Positions 60,612 to 64,000 of a stretch of DNA of 64,000 nt are shown here, one piece after another. The number at the start of each line of letters is the position of its first letter. Position 1 is the first letter of the stretch. The notes below the pieces were generated by a model. It did no database searches and was not told the DNA's origin. It saw nothing but the letters and a program-made list of their open reading frames with translations. A program made the position numbers and the translations under genes. Source of the DNA: Laetmonice hystrix (taxonomy: Eukaryota); the NCBI GenBank assembly GCA_965235115.1, contig OZ249447.1:25172001-25236000 (forward strand). Reading direction: 5' to 3'.

Positions 60612-62698
60612 CATTTTTTTCCATTTTAGCCCGTTTACAGGCTGAGTCCTATCACATTTTGTAGGCTTAGTGAATCCGCATAAAGTATGTCACAATTTTC
60701 TTTTATCCTCCTAGAAGGTAATCCTCGACAGGATTAGACATCTTTAATAGTGGATCATCCTAAAGATGACGTTGATTACTACCACCATTAATGAATGTAT
60801 ATAATTATGACAATAATCATGGTAGTTTAATTGTGTGGTACCGCATTGTTATTACAGTGAATATAATATACCTAGATATATAGAGGGTATGTTGGCTGTC
60901 TACCTTTATTAACTTTTAATTAGGTACAAAATGTGAATGCATTATAATGTATTTTTTCCAACCTATATATTGGTGTTTCTCTCGATATGGATTTCAGGAG
61001 CAAATAATAGTCCAAGCATTATGCTGATACTGGAAGCAAAACAAGCTCTGCACATTATAGCTACTTCAGCATTCGGCGCATGTACGGATTTTAAAAAAAA
61101 ACACGGGGGTCCCCATTGCTGGACATTGTTGTTTCAATTTTGTGCATTATCGCATCTTCTATTGCCCTTTTCGTGGATTTTCTGTTGGTTCTAACATGTT
61201 AAGTAAGAATTTACCCCTGTATACCCCCCCCCCTTCCAGTAAAACTTCTGAACTTGGAGAAACATGTTTGTTGGGTGATAAGTGGATTAAGAATTAACCG
61301 AAACCTTTTTTGTTTTAAGAAAAAAAAGAGATAATAAATAAGCTGACCTTCGTGTCGCTCTTAAATACTACTCTATGGGCAAAGATAGTGTTCCAAGTCA
61401 GTGTAGTTTGCAGCGTATGCTAGGTATGACTTTCTTATATCCTCAAAAAGACGACACGTGCTAGCTGTTATACATAGTATTTAGGATGTTCTTTGCAATT
61501 CACTTTCCATGCAAATATAAAAATGAAAAAAAAAATGAAAAAGGAAGGCCCACTTGCGACCAATGATATGTTGGAAGTATGTGAATGATGAATAAATTAT
61601 ACATATATATGTATTATAATTATACATATAAACATATATATGTATGGGCAGTCTGTGACCACTTCGACCCCCACAATACTGCTTGCTTTGTTTACACTGT
61701 ATGTAGGAAAACTGCTAAGAAACAAGCCGGTACTGGGGCCCTAACTGCACGTTGTTATGCCGCACCTTGTTCAGAGGATTTGTACGAATGGCCACATCTG
61801 TACTATATCAATATACCAATTTTTGCACTGTTGCACTTTGATAATTAAAGGCGCACGTTTTGCACTTACCTAGATGGGGTTGTGAGGGTGCTTTAAGGAA
61901 ACTCTTCGTTACGGTAACATTCCGTATACAATCAAACCGTTACTGAGTACTATATGCCTACTTTTGCGGCTGGTCTGACGGTTTGCGTCAACCCAAGCCT
62001 CTCTGAATGTGAAATAGTCAAAAGAAAGACCTCTCATGACATAATCGTTTCATTGCTATATTGATCTATGCAAAGGTCTTTGCTAAAGCATTGGAAGAGA
62101 TATTCGAAGCTTTTACCAAAGTCGAGGACGTAGACGTCAGACGAAACTTTAGTGCCCGTCGGGGAACCCAGTCGTGGGAGCTCTTAAAGCGGTCAAAATT
62201 AATTAGAAATCATTGGACAGTTCATGTGGTTGTAAACATCAACAACCGGACCTGAACAATAGTGAATTATGCAACCAAACAACGTGACGTACGTAGCACA
62301 AATTTAAAATGACGTAAGCAGTATGCTAGTTGACGTAATGCTCACCAGGCGGCGATGAGAAACATTGAACCTACGTATTGAGGACTAGTTTGCTTGCGAT
62401 TTCCGTCGTCCAGTCTCACATCTAGCTGTGTTGAGTTATGAGCGGAGCGAAGACTGTTAAATGAGCAATCATTGCTTCTGTAAAACATATACATAAAATG
62501 ACAGGGGCCTCATCTCTGGACAGCAGCTGTCGACCATTGGTGTATGTAGTCTACTACCGTGTTTAAGGCACCAGTTATCTGATACTGGGTTGTTGGGATG
62601 TTTTGTATAAAGTTATAATATAGTACAAAAAATAAGGTATGCAATTTTCCAAGTATTTTGTTGTAAATGTGTGTAATAGGGTTATTCGTGGTCATGTG

Positions 62699-63019
62699 AT
62701 TTCCGGTTGACCTATTTCAGTGTGACGTAGGTAGCGATAGTCACCGTTGTTATAGTAGGTCACGTGATCAGTAGTCATTTTTTTATAGGTGCATAATTCT
62801 GCGACATGCTTTATTTACAAATGTTCTGTTCTTTTGATGTTGAAAGGTATGTACGTGTACCTAGCCTTTCCTGGTTTGAAGCTTGAGACACCAGGGCGAG
62901 AGTGGAATCTGTTGTTGACTGTGTTCTAGTCTTCGGCTCCACGCCACACTTTTCTTCCATGCGGGTGTTGATTGGAAACGTGACGCTGGCCTGCTTTAAC
63001 ATTATCATCCAAGATGGCG
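62699..63019. promoter_or_regulatory. Second cluster of promoter-type motifs (ETS, E-box, YY1)
   Basis: ATTTCCGGT at 62699, GTCACGTGAT 62759-62768, CAAGATGGCG 63010-63019; motif matches only. Confidence 0.3.
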
Positions 63020-64000
63020 CCGTAAACAACTCGGGCTATCCTGCTCAAGGCGTTTACTTGCCCCCAACGTTTATAAAGATCGATTTTTCGGTCCAACAAC
63101 AGTCAAAAGCCAGAAAAATTATACCTGAGCACGTAACAGTTGTAGCAAGTACATTAAGTGTGGTACTCTCTTTTGGTGACAGACAAAGCCATCTTCTTAC
63201 TGTTCAAATGGGCCAGCGTAACGGGTCGAAAGGTTGATAGGGCATTGTTATATAGGGCCTACATACGGAACAATTATTTTACAGATAACTTATAAAGTAA
63301 ACTTTAATGGACTTGAATCTCAGAGATACACCTGCCTATGTACATAGTTTTAAGATGTGAGAAATGTAAAGTGAGAATTTGCAGAAGAATATTACAACCC
63401 TAGATTTCTTTCTGACACTAATATTCGCCTGCCCCGCGCACTGTCGGGTTAGGTCGGGATGTGCTGAGGTTGTAAGAGAGGGATGTATCTTGTACAGTTG
63501 TCAGCCGCTCTCCAGGTGGAATTATGGGAGTGGGAGGCAGTGTGAGTCCTCCACCCCCCGTCTCCAGGGAATGTATGTATGTAAACCCGCAGTTGGAGGA
63601 AGAGTGACGTCATGATCTCGTGTCAACTCTCGTGTTCCGAGATGGTGCAATGTCTCGTCCTGAGTTTGCGCCGTCGGAGGACCGTAGGACGAAGCGTCGC
63701 TCCCGCCCATAGTTTGCTGATGGAAATTTAACCTTACGTTTTTTTTCCACGATGTTCCCTACAGTACGTATAGTAGTATGCGGCACGCGGGTTCTGTATA
63801 CTTTTGTTCCCAGGATCATTACGTAGACCTATGAATAATAATTCCTTTGTATTACGACATGTAGACTTGTACAGCGCTACACACTCCAGTCATTGACTCT
63901 CCCACTCCGACAGGCTGTAATTACGGACATGCTATAATATGTCCGTCCAATGTTGTTGGAGAGGTTGCCCCGACTTGTTTAAGTTTCCCATTTTTGCCTA

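Overview
Eukaryotic (invertebrate animal, probably lophotrochozoan; this is inference) genomic DNA. Most of the window is one + strand plasma-membrane Ca2+-ATPase gene (PMCA/ATP2B, P2B P-type ATPase). I traced 18 core coding exons by hand from 3337 to 45165. All have GT-AG boundaries and consistent phases, total 3185 nt (about 1061 codons), and carry the TGES, PEGL, DKTGT, KGASE, TGD and GDGTND motifs plus the first half of the calmodulin-binding domain. The first coding exon lies upstream of the window. Three alternative last coding exons (49120, 51439, 56172) each complete the calmodulin-binding domain with a different tail. The ORF track misses several frame-preserving microexon candidates: 18 and 12 nt in the TM1-TM2 extracellular loop, and 21, 30 and 36 nt at the position of mammalian splice site A. 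The introns hold about 8 kb of mutually unrelated minisatellite arrays, several built on or next to splice signals, plus a foldback-like element, MITEs, a dispersed repeat family and a 188-N assembly gap. I found no rRNA, tRNA, CRISPR or prokaryotic features. Nearly all other ORFs in the track are repeat-derived or chance ORFs.
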